Source: a virus. Taken from it: DNA of 64,000 bases. The stretch covers positions 96,001 to 160,000 of IMG/VR virus record IMGVR_UViG_3300023179_000011. One strand, 5' to 3'. The translations under genes and the position numbers were made by a program. The notes beneath the pieces are model-generated. The model was not told where the DNA came from. It saw nothing but the letters and a program-made list of their open reading frames with translations, and made no database searches. This document shows positions 18,688-28,122 of the stretch, one piece after another. The number at the start of each line of letters is the position of its first letter. The first letter of the stretch is position 1.

Positions 18688-21600
18688 TCAGACAACTAAG
18701 TGCAGCTCAATGTTATTGAGCGGCGCCGGAACAACAAGGTCGAGCACGATTTCGATGCGGTCCTTGAGCAGAGGATGAATCTGCAGGGTACGGATCTCAC
18801 CAGAAATCAGCTGCGAGCCGAGTTCTTCTGTAGTGCCATTAGTCGAGAGGAAGTTAATCACACTCTTCACTTGGTACTCAAGAACCGAAAGCATGCCCGG
18901 CTGCGCGTTTGTGCGGCCGATGTACGGACGCAGGCGGCGATAGAACAGGTACGACATGCTGTCAACGTTACGACGAATCATTTCTTCGCGGCGGTTCAGA
19001 TCGAGGTTGTCGGTCGTGAGCGCGTGCCGCGTGTGCGGGGTGCCGTCACGATCTTCAGTCACAATCCAGACGCCAGCTTCAGCCATACGGTTCAACTGCG
19101 TTTCGTTGAGGTACTTGTAGGACCGCGAGAAGTCATCGAAACCAGCGACCTCGACGTTTGTCAGCGGCTGGTGCGGCACCACGCCGCTCACGAGGCCCGC
19201 GAGGGCCGCCGCGAGATAGTAACCGGGCTGGATCGTACCGGCTTCGCCGACCTGATCCGGCCACACAGCGCACACACGCCGGTTCGAGAGCGAACCACCT
19301 TGCTGCGCAATGTCTTCGACAATTTCGTTGCGGTTGCGGTTGTGCCAGATCTCGACGCGCTGCGGAACTGTTACCGCGGCGTCGGCGCCGGAGTACAGCA
19401 GCAGAGTCGATTCAGACACCACCTGATCAACGACATACTCTTCGTACTGCTCTTCGCCGAAGCCGTCTACGGCGTAGTTATAACGCACGATGTCGCCGGG
19501 GCGGACGTCATTTGTGATAAAGTAGCCGTTGCCCGACGTAACGGTAAGCCGCGTGTACTGCGTGTTCGTGGCGTTCGGATCGTCGGAGAGCGTAGCAAGA
19601 ACCGGCTCGTTTACCGTTTCGCCAAGCACACCTTTGATATTGACGCCTTCACCAACAACCTTTATAGTCGGCACCGCCTTGAGGGCGAAGAAGCCGGCCT
19701 TCCAGTTGTTCGCGTACTCGTTCGACTCGGCGCCGATGTGCGCAGCCCACAGGTTTTGCACCCAGCGGTCAAACGTCATCGGAACGAGGTTGTACAGGTC
19801 GTCGCGGCCCTTAAGCCGCTCAAGCACCTGCGTCCACTTGTCGAGATCCGGGCCGAGCGAACGACCGTCTTCGTCGTACTTCTCGGGATCGGCGACGGCG
19901 GTGTACTTTACAACGGTGCCGTTGCTGTTGCTGAGCGCCTTGTAAACGCCCCACTTCAGCGGGTTATCGGGATCGAGCTGGCCCTTGATTTGATCGAGAT
20001 CGGCGACGTCGCTGATCGAGTTGACCTGATCGGCCAGCTCAGACAGCCACTCGCGATACTCGACGTAAACTTTGCCAGACATGACAGGCAGCGGTTGCTC
20101 GGCGCCGGCGCTTGTCCACTCGGGGTGGTAAGCAACGATGCCTTCTTGCACGCAGATCTGCGTGTCTTCGTACCAGAAGTTGGTCATCGGAGCGTATCCG
20201 ATCCGATTCTTCGAGATCTGGATATCGTCCTTGATGAACAGCTTGAGGTCCATGTCCTTGCCGCTGATCAGCTGGCAGGTCGCTGTGGCTGTGGTGCCCC
20301 CCTCGCTGCCCGGAGCGGCGATCGTGATGGTCGGGGCGGCGGTATAACCAGCGCCACGATTGGTCACGGTGATGGCAACAACCTTACCCGCGTTCTCACC
20401 TGTGCCGAGTACCGCAACACCTGTGGCAGTTTGATTCTGCACAAGGTTGCCTGTCGGCGCAGAGAACGTAACTGTCGGGGGCGTCACATAGCCGGAACCG
20501 GCGTTTGTGATGCTAACCGGACCAACCTTGTCGACCGGCGCGCCGTCTTGTGTGAGCAGCGAGGTCGGAAGGTCGTCGCGCAGGATGAGCTTGCGCACCG
20601 GACCAGCCTTGCTCGAATTCACTGTGATGTACCACTTGTCACCCTTGCGCAGGCCGTCAACAGCGTAGTTATCTGCTTGATCGGTCGCGCCGGTGAAGCG
20701 AACCTTTACGCCGTTAGTGCCGATCGCTACGCCGACCGCGTTGAGGCCAACGCCGTCGCCAGTCACCTCGGTCGGACCCGAGAAGTCTAGACCCTTGACG
20801 GTGCGCACGGTGATCTCAGGGAGCTGAGCCCACGTACCGCCCTTGGTGCACTCGATCACGTACGTGTCGTTCTTCGCGCCAACGTACTTGGCCAGAATGT
20901 CAACCGCGCCGTTGACGCCGTTCACAGACTCTTCGGTCTGGTAGGGGCCGTCGGCTTCCGATACCGCCTTGACCTTTTCATAGGTCTGGTGAATGTCGAA
21001 CTTCCACTTCTGGCCAACGACGAAGTTGTCGTTGCCGGTCGTGGTGAAACGCACCGACAGGCCGCGCGTGCCGACAAAGGTCACGCCGTCAGCATCGTCG
21101 AAATCGTTCGGCTGGATTTCAGCCTGATCGTCAGTGCCGCTGGCCGAAGTGACACGCAGACGGGCAGCGTTGCAACCCGAAATTGTGCTCTTGATAACTT
21201 CGACAACGTACTCTTCTTCAACGTAGCCGTCGACAAGGCCGTCGTAATCATTGGCGCCTTCGTCTTCGGCTGTCAGCACCGTGACCGCAACAGCGTTATC
21301 AACACCCTCGATCTGCGTGACGGTTACGTCAACGCCGTTCGGGCTGGTAGCTGTGTAGCTGTCTTGATTGTTAACGTCGGCTGTGGCGGGCAGGATGCGC
21401 GACGGAACAAGATCGCTCGCGAAACCTGTGACGTATGTCTCAAGCACGGTCTCTTCGCAATCGTTGTCCGCGCTTACAGTGCGAAGTTGCACAACGTCAC
21501 CGAGCTGCACGTCGCGGTCGAGGAACGCACTCGAACGCGGGTAAGCTGCGCCGTTTGACTTGAACGACAGCGTGCTGGACTGAATCCAGTTAGTCTTACC

Positions 21601-21915
21601 GGGAACAGCTGTGATCGTCGTGTCGCCTTCGTCCATGTTGTGGACGTAGTACTGCAGCATCGCGTCGTCAACGTAAACCTTTACATAAGGCAGGTCGACA
21701 ACGGAGCCGGGCTTACGTTGCGGCCACGGATAGCAGGTATCGTTGAGACGATCGTATTGACCAAGAAGCGAGTGCTGCTTCTCGTCTGTATTACCATAGC
21801 GGTGAAGGATAGCGTGCGGACCAGCGATGTGGGCGCGCAGCGGCTCCGTGATCTCCGTGGGGACGATACGGAACTCTTGGAAAACGAGTACTTGCGGTTT
21901 TACGTAGCTCGACAT
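18688..21915 (-). CDS. Tail sheath protein with large insertion domains
   Basis: C-terminal sheath domain 'YLAAALAGLVSG...PHQPLTN...LNETQLNRMAEAGVW...RHALTT...EMIRRNVDS'; strong codon bias. Confidence 0.9.
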   Translation of the reverse strand: MSSYVKPQVLVFQEFRIVPTEITEPLRAHIAGPHAILHRYGNTDEKQHSLLGQYDRLNDTCYPWPQRKPGSVVDLPYVKVYVDDAMLQYYVHNMDEGDTTITAVPGKTNWIQSSTLSFKSNGAAYPRSSAFLDRDVQLGDVVQLRTVSADNDCEETVLETYVTGFASDLVPSRILPATADVNNQDSYTATSPNGVDVTVTQIEGVDNAVAVTVLTAEDEGANDYDGLVDGYVEEEYVVEVIKSTISGCNAARLRVTSASGTDDQAEIQPNDFDDADGVTFVGTRGLSVRFTTTGNDNFVVGQKWKFDIHQTYEKVKAVSEADGPYQTEESVNGVNGAVDILAKYVGAKNDTYVIECTKGGTWAQLPEITVRTVKGLDFSGPTEVTGDGVGLNAVGVAIGTNGVKVRFTGATDQADNYAVDGLRKGDKWYITVNSSKAGPVRKLILRDDLPTSLLTQDGAPVDKVGPVSITNAGSGYVTPPTVTFSAPTGNLVQNQTATGVAVLGTGENAGKVVAITVTNRGAGYTAAPTITIAAPGSEGGTTATATCQLISGKDMDLKLFIKDDIQISKNRIGYAPMTNFWYEDTQICVQEGIVAYHPEWTSAGAEQPLPVMSGKVYVEYREWLSELADQVNSISDVADLDQIKGQLDPDNPLKWGVYKALSNSNGTVVKYTAVADPEKYDEDGRSLGPDLDKWTQVLERLKGRDDLYNLVPMTFDRWVQNLWAAHIGAESNEYANNWKAGFFALKAVPTIKVVGEGVNIKGVLGETVNEPVLATLSDDPNATNTQYTRLTVTSGNGYFITNDVRPGDIVRYNYAVDGFGEEQYEEYVVDQVVSESTLLLYSGADAAVTVPQRVEIWHNRNRNEIVEDIAQQGGSLSNRRVCAVWPDQVGEAGTIQPGYYLAAALAGLVSGVVPHQPLTNVEVAGFDDFSRSYKYLNETQLNRMAEAGVWIVTEDRDGTPHTRHALTTDNLDLNRREEMIRRNVDSMSYLFYRRLRPYIGRTNAQPGMLSVLEYQVKSVINFLSTNGTTEELGSQLISGEIRTLQIHPLLKDRIEIVLDLVVPAPLNNIELHLVV

Positions 21916-21970
21916 ACGTCTCGGCCTCCGTGCCTAAATTTACGTGTGTGCGGTAGGGCGTTCAGGTCGT

Positions 21971-21995
21971 AGTATACACAACTACGGGTTTGCAA
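21971..21995 (-). promoter_or_regulatory. Possible promoter upstream of the sheath gene
   Basis: TTGCAA-N13-TATACT in an AT-rich intergenic gap. The spacing is non-canonical for the housekeeping sigma. Confidence 0.3.
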
Positions 21996-22016
21996 AAAAA
22001 CACCCTTTGAAAATTC

Positions 22017-22727
22017 TTAACAAGACAATAAATCCGATGCCTTGAAGACAATCCGCTTTAGGCGCGGCGCATACGGCTGGAGCGACCAAGCTTCCTCGGC
22101 AACGTATGCAACAGTCACAGGGACGGCATATCCCTGAGCGACCTCTTGAACTTCTCCTATGCCGCCTACTTCGGCGACGTAAAAGCGAAACAAATCCATT
22201 TGCTCTCGGATCAGCGGCGAGAAGTTGATTAAAAACTTCAACACCTCTGTCGCGAGAAATTCGGTTTCAGCGCCGGCAGAACTTAGGCAGTATATGGTGT
22301 GGCTGCCTTCCCACATGCCGGCGTAACTTACTTCTCCAGTATAGAGGTTTGCGCCTGCAATGTCACCAATAGTTTGTTTTTGCCAGCGCCACCCATTTCG
22401 TTTAATAAGTATGGCCGGCCGTTTGTCCGCCGTGTTGGGCGACCACCGGGTAATACTTTCTATCAAAATACCGCCTTTGTTGTCACCGGCGTCGGCTGGG
22501 CGCCACGCGCCGAGCGTTTCTATATGCCGGCGAATACGCGGTTCCTCTATGTTTTCAGGGTCGGCGAAGTGCCCCATTAACAACTGCCGTAAAAAACCGG
22601 TCATGACGTGCGGACGCATTCCGTACGAACAAAGTGCGCTAACTTTGTCGACGCGGTTTTCTGGTTTACTGCCGGCAGGAAATTGCGCTTCAATTTCCGG
22701 CGGATTCGGATCGTCGCAAATACTCAC
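22017..22727 (-). CDS. Putative tail terminator / tail completion protein
   Basis: 236 aa between neck and sheath; 'KRPAILIKRNGW...CLSSAGAETEFLA' resembles gp15-like terminators. Confidence 0.6.
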   Translation of the reverse strand: MSICDDPNPPEIEAQFPAGSKPENRVDKVSALCSYGMRPHVMTGFLRQLLMGHFADPENIEEPRIRRHIETLGAWRPADAGDNKGGILIESITRWSPNTADKRPAILIKRNGWRWQKQTIGDIAGANLYTGEVSYAGMWEGSHTIYCLSSAGAETEFLATEVLKFLINFSPLIREQMDLFRFYVAEVGGIGEVQEVAQGYAVPVTVAYVAEEAWSLQPYAPRLKRIVFKASDLLSC

Positions 22728-22842
22728 TGAACTGTTCCTTTAATTTTTGGTCGTAAACCTTGGCGGGAGCTGACAAACTTATTTTCGGAGGCAGTAACCG
22801 AATTTTGTCGAGTTTCGGTTCGGCTGGATTTTTACGCGCCAT
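22690..22842 (-). CDS. Small basic hypothetical protein (50 aa, not in the ORF track)
   Basis: ATG overlaps the upstream stop (TAATG); MARKNPAEPKLDKIRLLPPKISLSAPAKVYDQKLKEQFSEYLRRSESAGN fills the whole gap. Confidence 0.55.
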   Translation of the reverse strand: MARKNPAEPKLDKIRLLPPKISLSAPAKVYDQKLKEQFSEYLRRSESAGN

Positions 22843-24164
22843 TAGATGTCCCAAAAATTATCGGGAGCGCGTTGTTGCGCTGCCGGAGGATTGTTGTCGC
22901 ATATCTTAAATTCGTCCGCGGTCGTCAGTGTTTTGCCGTCTTCGGTCGCAAGCTGAAAACCGTCGCCGTCGGCTTCCGGCGCCACGATCGGCAATGTTGG
23001 GGCCCACGTGCACAGTTGCGGTTCGCCGACGCTGACCACATTAACAAAATCGACGTCTGGGCCGTACTCACCTAACTTCTCGTATACGATAGCATAATCA
23101 CCGGGGTCGAGCGCGATTGATTGCACCCACCGCCCGTTAGCAGTTGTGGATGTAACACCCAGCGCAAGGTTTTTTGGCGTATCAAACCCACTGACGTCAA
23201 ACACGTCTTTTGCATAAATATGAATAGTCGCGCCTTGAATCGGGCAGCCGTCTTCGGTTTTGTAAACAAACCTATCGTTACCGCCATAGTTTTGATCTAC
23301 CGGTACGGCGCCGCAGCCCTCAATCGGCAAAGTTGGTCCGACGCGCTCCGCAGGTTCTCCCCCGACCTCAATCGCATACGCCGTATTGCTGAACGGCAAC
23401 AGGCCCATTTTAATCTGATAGACAAGCGGCACGTTACGAATAGCGGCGGCAATCTGAATTGTTTCTACCAGCCAGCGTTCGTCGCTAGAACCGTTGACCC
23501 AGATGTCGTTTTTATTAATAGCCGGAAAACCTATAACACGCGCCGTGATATACGGGTTTTCTCGCGTTATGCCTTTTAATTGCGCGTCGACGCCTTCCTG
23601 AATCGTTTGCGTCGATAAGTCCCAACACTGCAGCGATAGCGGCGGGTGATAACCTACCTCAAAACCCGTGCCATTACAGACAGGACAATCAGAATCAAGA
23701 ACTTCTTGTGTTAATTGATCGCGGCAACGTGTGCACGGTTTTCCGAAACGAAACGGTTTTACTAGATAACCCGGCACAGCAACGTACTTAAACCGCAGCT
23801 GCTCTTTGCGGATAATCTCGCGAGCGATAACCCAGTCTTTTTCTGGAAGATCGCCGTAGCAGTTGGCGGCCTGTGAAACGTAAACACTAGTCGGCGTCGT
23901 TAAAACAACGCGATAATGATCAAGCAGGTCGTAGCCGGTTTCGCGCCATTCGGGGTCGTAGGCGTTGTAGCCGTTTAATACGGGCGGGCCAATGTTAACC
24001 CAGTCGACCGCGTCTCGAAGCCCGGTTTTGCCAAGCTGAAGTTGAAAAACATACGGCCCCGGATCGTTAAACGTGCGTTCAAGCTGCCACCAAACACGCG
24101 TGGTGCCGCGAACCATATGATCCACGGACACGCGGCGAAATGGAAAAATGCGAGACTGTGGCAT
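22842..24164 (-). CDS. Putative neck / head-closure protein with CxxC motifs and a C-terminal extension
   Basis: 'CTRC...CPVCNGTGFEVGY' followed by a beta-barrel 'INKNDIWVNGSSDERWLVE'; positioned after the head-tail adaptor. Confidence 0.6.
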   Translation of the reverse strand: MPQSRIFPFRRVSVDHMVRGTTRVWWQLERTFNDPGPYVFQLQLGKTGLRDAVDWVNIGPPVLNGYNAYDPEWRETGYDLLDHYRVVLTTPTSVYVSQAANCYGDLPEKDWVIAREIIRKEQLRFKYVAVPGYLVKPFRFGKPCTRCRDQLTQEVLDSDCPVCNGTGFEVGYHPPLSLQCWDLSTQTIQEGVDAQLKGITRENPYITARVIGFPAINKNDIWVNGSSDERWLVETIQIAAAIRNVPLVYQIKMGLLPFSNTAYAIEVGGEPAERVGPTLPIEGCGAVPVDQNYGGNDRFVYKTEDGCPIQGATIHIYAKDVFDVSGFDTPKNLALGVTSTTANGRWVQSIALDPGDYAIVYEKLGEYGPDVDFVNVVSVGEPQLCTWAPTLPIVAPEADGDGFQLATEDGKTLTTADEFKICDNNPPAAQQRAPDNFWDI

Positions 24165-24216
24165 TGATGTTTTGAGCGGTTTGACCTAAAAAACTTGTGT
24201 AAATGCCAACATTTTA

Positions 24217-25209
24217 TCAATAGCGAATTCGCAGGGCGTCGGTGTAGGCCGAATACTTGTAAGTAGACGAAACCTCGCCATAACCGCCTTCGAGATTAAT
24301 GCTCGCTTTCGTGGCGCGTACCCATTCGCGATATGCCTGCCAGCGCATCTGTCCGGCGCGCTCGTAGCTAGATTCTTTGTTCTGGTCGTTTACGGTTAAG
24401 CCAGCCGCCGAATAGTCGAACTGGTTACGGCGGAATTGTTCGGCCACCATCATGAACAGGTTGGCGCAAATGCCTTCTAGCCAGTGATATCTAAACGGAA
24501 AAGACTGCGTGTTGTATACAGCGTCAATCGGCGGCGGTACTTCGTTCCAGTACATCACGGGGCGCGCAATCGCCAGCGCAATCTCAGCGTCGTCAAACAT
24601 TAAGTTATCAAGTAAGAAGCTCTCGCCCGGCGCTGAGTCGCGAAGATGCAGCCGGATCTCTGCGATGCTTGGCGGCCCTCCGGGCTGATTAACGCTAGAA
24701 AACGTACTACGCGCAATCACGACCGAAAACGTATTTGAAAAAACCACGCACGGCTGATTGCTGCTTTGCGCTGGAATACTTACAAGCGCCACTTCGCCGT
24801 AATAGACTCCCGGTACGCTTGTGGCGTTACTGGATAACGCAGCAGCTACTTTACCGGTTTCTGGTTCTACGATCGCGGCCGGCACCTCCACTGGCGGGTT
24901 TTGGTTGCCGAGAGAAAGCTGCTCTTTCAGGCGCAACACTACTTTAAAGTCTTGCGCGTTCGTGCACGCTGTAAGGCTAACAGGGCGACCTTCGCGATCG
25001 TGCATCGTCCATTCGATCGTGGCGCACTGACCCTGCGTCAGAGTAATAGCGCGCATTCTCGTTAGGATCGGCTGGCCGTTGACGCCAGAAATCGGGGCAC
25101 TAACGACGTTCTGCCCTACGCACGAAACCGGCGTAATAGCTTGGCCGTTCGTATTACCGTTGCAACACGGCACAATGGGGTGTTCGGCGGGTGTAGCGAT
25201 GACGACCAT
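24217..25209 (-). CDS. Putative head-tail adaptor (neck 1) with an N-terminal Ig-like domain
   Basis: C-half 'IAEIRLHLRD...NFLLDNLMFDDAEIALAI...YWNEVPP' is a helical adaptor pattern; it follows the capsid genes. Confidence 0.65.
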   Translation of the reverse strand: MVVIATPAEHPIVPCCNGNTNGQAITPVSCVGQNVVSAPISGVNGQPILTRMRAITLTQGQCATIEWTMHDREGRPVSLTACTNAQDFKVVLRLKEQLSLGNQNPPVEVPAAIVEPETGKVAAALSSNATSVPGVYYGEVALVSIPAQSSNQPCVVFSNTFSVVIARSTFSSVNQPGGPPSIAEIRLHLRDSAPGESFLLDNLMFDDAEIALAIARPVMYWNEVPPPIDAVYNTQSFPFRYHWLEGICANLFMMVAEQFRRNQFDYSAAGLTVNDQNKESSYERAGQMRWQAYREWVRATKASINLEGGYGEVSSTYKYSAYTDALRIRY

Positions 25210-25237
25210 GTGAGCCTCCGTGTTACACCGTCATTAT

Positions 25238-25275
25238 AAAGAAAAACGGCTGGCCGCTTACGCAGCCAGCCGTTT
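25238..25275 (-). terminator. Intrinsic terminator after the capsid operon
   Basis: Minus strand AAACGGCTGG-CTGC-GTAA-GCGG-CCAGCCGTTT, then TTCTTT; directly followed by TATAAT (25233-25238). Confidence 0.75.
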
Positions 25276-25301
25276 AGAGAGAAGTCCGACTGGGTTAAAA
25301 C

Positions 25302-25637
25302 TCAGTCCCAACCTTCCGGGGTCTTAGTGCCCAGAGTGTCTTCGCTAAGCTTCACCTGATCGATGCTACCATCGTCTTCGTCGGTGAGGTAAACGGCCGG
25401 CGACTTAGTGATAACCAGCGTGCCTTGCTCAAGTGCTTTTTCAAGCGCTTTGAAAGGACGCTGACTGCCGCGACCACCCTTGTAAGACGCATTAGCGCCA
25501 AGGGCCGCAACGAGGTCGCCGGGGACGGTGTACGTCTCGTTGTTTTCGAGACGCTTGCCGTGCGCACCGAGGAAGCCGAACACTCGGGCGGCGCCCGAAG
25601 TGTTCTTAACTGTCGTGTATAAACCGGGTACTGCCAT
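25302..25637 (-). CDS. Small capsid-operon protein (possible decoration protein)
   Basis: 111 aa with strong codon bias; last gene before the terminator. Confidence 0.6.
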   Translation of the reverse strand: MAVPGLYTTVKNTSGAARVFGFLGAHGKRLENNETYTVPGDLVAALGANASYKGGRGSQRPFKALEKALEQGTLVITKSPAVYLTDEDDGSIDQVKLSEDTLGTKTPEGWD

Positions 25638-25656
25638 TGTTAGTTACTCCATTTCT

Positions 25657-26046
25657 TCAGGATGCGCTTTGCAGAGCCGCGGCAGCAGCAGCTTGCAGCG
25701 TCAGAACAGCCTGCGCAATCGCAGGTTGATCCGCCGCTACGCTCGCTACGTCGCCGTAAGCAGCCGCCTTTTCACCAGTGCCGCCAAAGCCCGCGGCGGC
25801 AAGCATCTCGTCCAGCTGCTGGTTGGCAGCCGAGAGCGAGGAAGCTTGCGCAGCCGCGACCTTTTCTTGCTCCGCCGTGTAGAGCACATGAAGCTTGGAA
25901 GCAGCAGACCACATTTCAGCGGCCTCGCTCTCCGAACGCGGCTGGATGCCGTGCGCGGCAAGCTTCTCGAAGAAATACGGCGCGGCAAGTTCCGACACAA
26001 TTGTGGCGTATGCTTGCTCAGCCGCTTCTTTAACAGTATCAGACAT
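25657..26046 (-). CDS. Ala-rich head-associated hypothetical protein
   Basis: 129 aa with EKLAA, EKVAAA and EKAAA motifs; directly after the major capsid gene. Confidence 0.65.
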   Translation of the reverse strand: MSDTVKEAAEQAYATIVSELAAPYFFEKLAAHGIQPRSESEAAEMWSAASKLHVLYTAEQEKVAAAQASSLSAANQQLDEMLAAAGFGGTGEKAAAYGDVASVAADQPAIAQAVLTLQAAAAAALQSAS

Positions 26047-26080
26047 AACGTGCTCCTTTGGGTTTAATTCCTACACGGCA

Positions 26081-27022
26081 TCACTTGAAGTTAACGCGAG
26101 CCAGACCGTTGGTATGGCCGAACGAGCCACCCGAAGTCTGATAGGCGAAGTACTCAAGCATGTAAGCTTCACGACGGATGTACATCGTGGTGGGCTCCAG
26201 CTCGTAGTTCTTGCCGATGAACTTCGGCGACGCGAACATGAACAGCGAATCATCGGGGACAAGATCGCGCTTGATCGTGACGATCCAGCGGCAGTTGAGG
26301 AAGTTAGTCTCCGCCCAACCGTTCTTGATGATGTCCTGCGAGAAGTCGCCGCCCATTTCGTCACGGCCGAACTTGAGGAGTTCCTTGATCGTGATGTTAT
26401 TCACGAGGCAGGTTTCAACCTCGAAGTGCGACGGCGTGCGGGGCATGACCTTCAGCGCGTCAACAAGGGTCTCACGGGTGATGCCGCCCGAGATCTCCTC
26501 GTACTGCACAACGCCGCTGGCGACGTTGGCAACACCCGGAGTCGGGAGCACGGCGTTGAAGGCGGCAATAAACTTGCCGTCCTCTTCAGCCAGCATGTCC
26601 TTGATCATGTTGTCGCTGAGGACCTGACGGATGTCGATCACGTACGTACGCAGCTCGTCGACGTCCTTCACAGCGCGGGGCGACACGATCCGGTCAAACA
26701 TGACGCGGTAGCGCGGGCCACGGATGTAGAAGTTAATCGGGAGCGTCGCAAACGGGAGCGACACAGCCGCCGGGGAATCGGGCTCCTTGTCCACAACCTT
26801 GACGGGCTTGTCAGTGTCAACCTGACGGTCAAGCTCGTCGTTGGTGATGGTCAGCGGCGGCATAATCCGCCGGTAGAACCCGTCTTCACGCATTTTGGTG
26901 CGCGTGAAGTCGTTAACCGCGTCGATGGCCTGCTTCTGCATGCCGGGGGTGTCAAGCTGCTCAAAGAGCGTTTCGTTGAGCAGTTGGATCTCTTGCTGAG
27001 TGGGCATTTTGGGAACCTCCAT
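26081..27022 (-). CDS. Major capsid protein (HK97 fold, inferred)
   Basis: 313 aa; 'FTRTKMREDGFYRRIMPP' N-terminal pattern, position after protease and scaffold, extreme codon bias, AAGGA ribosome-binding site. Confidence 0.8.
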   Translation of the reverse strand: MEVPKMPTQQEIQLLNETLFEQLDTPGMQKQAIDAVNDFTRTKMREDGFYRRIMPPLTITNDELDRQVDTDKPVKVVDKEPDSPAAVSLPFATLPINFYIRGPRYRVMFDRIVSPRAVKDVDELRTYVIDIRQVLSDNMIKDMLAEEDGKFIAAFNAVLPTPGVANVASGVVQYEEISGGITRETLVDALKVMPRTPSHFEVETCLVNNITIKELLKFGRDEMGGDFSQDIIKNGWAETNFLNCRWIVTIKRDLVPDDSLFMFASPKFIGKNYELEPTTMYIRREAYMLEYFAYQTSGGSFGHTNGLARVNFK

Positions 27023-27046
27023 GTTCCTTAATTAGTTAGGGATAGG

Positions 27047-27625
27047 TCAGTCGATTGTGGCCGCAGTGCCCGCCGGCAGGTACACGCACCAGAAGGAAAG
27101 CGTGTCCACGCCATTGTGGTTCTTCGACGCGCCACTCGAAACAACACCGCAAACCGGGTTTACGTACTGCACGGCGTTGGCCTTCGTCAGCACACCCTCA
27201 ACGGCAGCGCCGCCAGTGGTGGGAGCAGTCAGAAGATCACCGGGGTTGTACGTCACCGCGCTACCGCCGGACGTCTTCACGTACTCGGTGGTGGCGATTT
27301 CATAACCACCGGTCGCAACAAGACCAGACAGCTTGCCCGAGGGCGAAACCGCTTGGTGCATGAAGTTACCGGCCGCTGTGGTACCCGGATTGCTGACGTC
27401 AGCATCCGTCGAACCGTTCAGCAAGAAGATCGCGACGCCCGTGGCCGACAGACCCGGAACGAACACGTCCTTACCGCCCTCTTTGGCGAGCGTTACGACG
27501 CGACCGCGCGGGACATCATACGTGACTGTGCTCGCCAGCTTGGCCGAGTAGTCAAGGGACGCCATATCGAACCAGCCCTTTTTAACGTCAAGGCCGTGTT
27601 CAAACATAAGATCAGGAGCAGGCAT
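27047..27625 (-). CDS. Putative head decoration / cement protein
   Basis: 192 aa before the capsid gene; 'YNPGDLLTAPTT...GVLTKA...VCGVVS' resembles the beta-tulip decoration pattern. Confidence 0.65.
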   Translation of the reverse strand: MPAPDLMFEHGLDVKKGWFDMASLDYSAKLASTVTYDVPRGRVVTLAKEGGKDVFVPGLSATGVAIFLLNGSTDADVSNPGTTAAGNFMHQAVSPSGKLSGLVATGGYEIATTEYVKTSGGSAVTYNPGDLLTAPTTGGAAVEGVLTKANAVQYVNPVCGVVSSGASKNHNGVDTLSFWCVYLPAGTAATID

Positions 27626-27680
27626 TGTTAGACCTCCGTGTCTTTCTCAATTGGAAACGTGTTCCGTAGGGGGGACGAAC

Positions 27681-28106
27681 TCAGGTAGTGGGCGGGTTAA
27701 GACCAAGGCCCGTAAACAGCTTTACGTCGGAAGCCTTGAGGCGACCATCGCGGGCACCCACATACCCGCTCGTCAGACTGGTCGTCGGGTCGTAGCTGGC
27801 GGCCTTTGTGGCAACCGGCGTACCCAGACGAGCCATTTCAGCTGCGTTTTTATGCGCAGCTAATTTGATAACAAGTTCCATCGTGCGCACCGGATCTTGC
27901 AGGGCGGCGGCAAGCGCCTCCTTCTGGTGCGCCTCGATCCGCTCGTTTTCCACGCACGCCTTGACGGCTTCGGGGATCAGGTGAGCCAGCTTTTCGCTGA
28001 CTTCAACCTGCGCCTTTTCGGCGGCGGCGGCTTTGGTCATCGCCGCATCGGAATAACCGATGTAGTCGATGATCTTATGTACGAGCGCGTTATTTTCGGT
28101 AGACAT
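27681..28106 (-). CDS. Head morphogenesis hypothetical protein (scaffold-like)
   Basis: 141 aa, helical and Ala-rich, with KAAAAEKA and TKAAS motifs and a GGAGG ribosome-binding site. Confidence 0.6.
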   Translation of the reverse strand: MSTENNALVHKIIDYIGYSDAAMTKAAAAEKAQVEVSEKLAHLIPEAVKACVENERIEAHQKEALAAALQDPVRTMELVIKLAAHKNAAEMARLGTPVATKAASYDPTTSLTSGYVGARDGRLKASDVKLFTGLGLNPPTT

Positions 28107-28122
28107 TAAAACCTCCGTGTGA

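Noticed and set aside
18700-20790. 696-aa plus-strand ORF
   Set aside because: It is antisense to the sheath gene, has no motifs or ribosome-binding site, and is explained by the sheath's codon bias.
230-22727. Extracellular contractile injection system (Afp/PVC) or T6SS interpretation
   Set aside because: Capsid, protease, scaffold and neck genes are contiguous with the tail genes, so this is a phage.
25528-27631. Long plus-strand ORFs (179, 378 and 171 aa)
   Set aside because: Antisense shadows of the codon-biased capsid and decoration genes.
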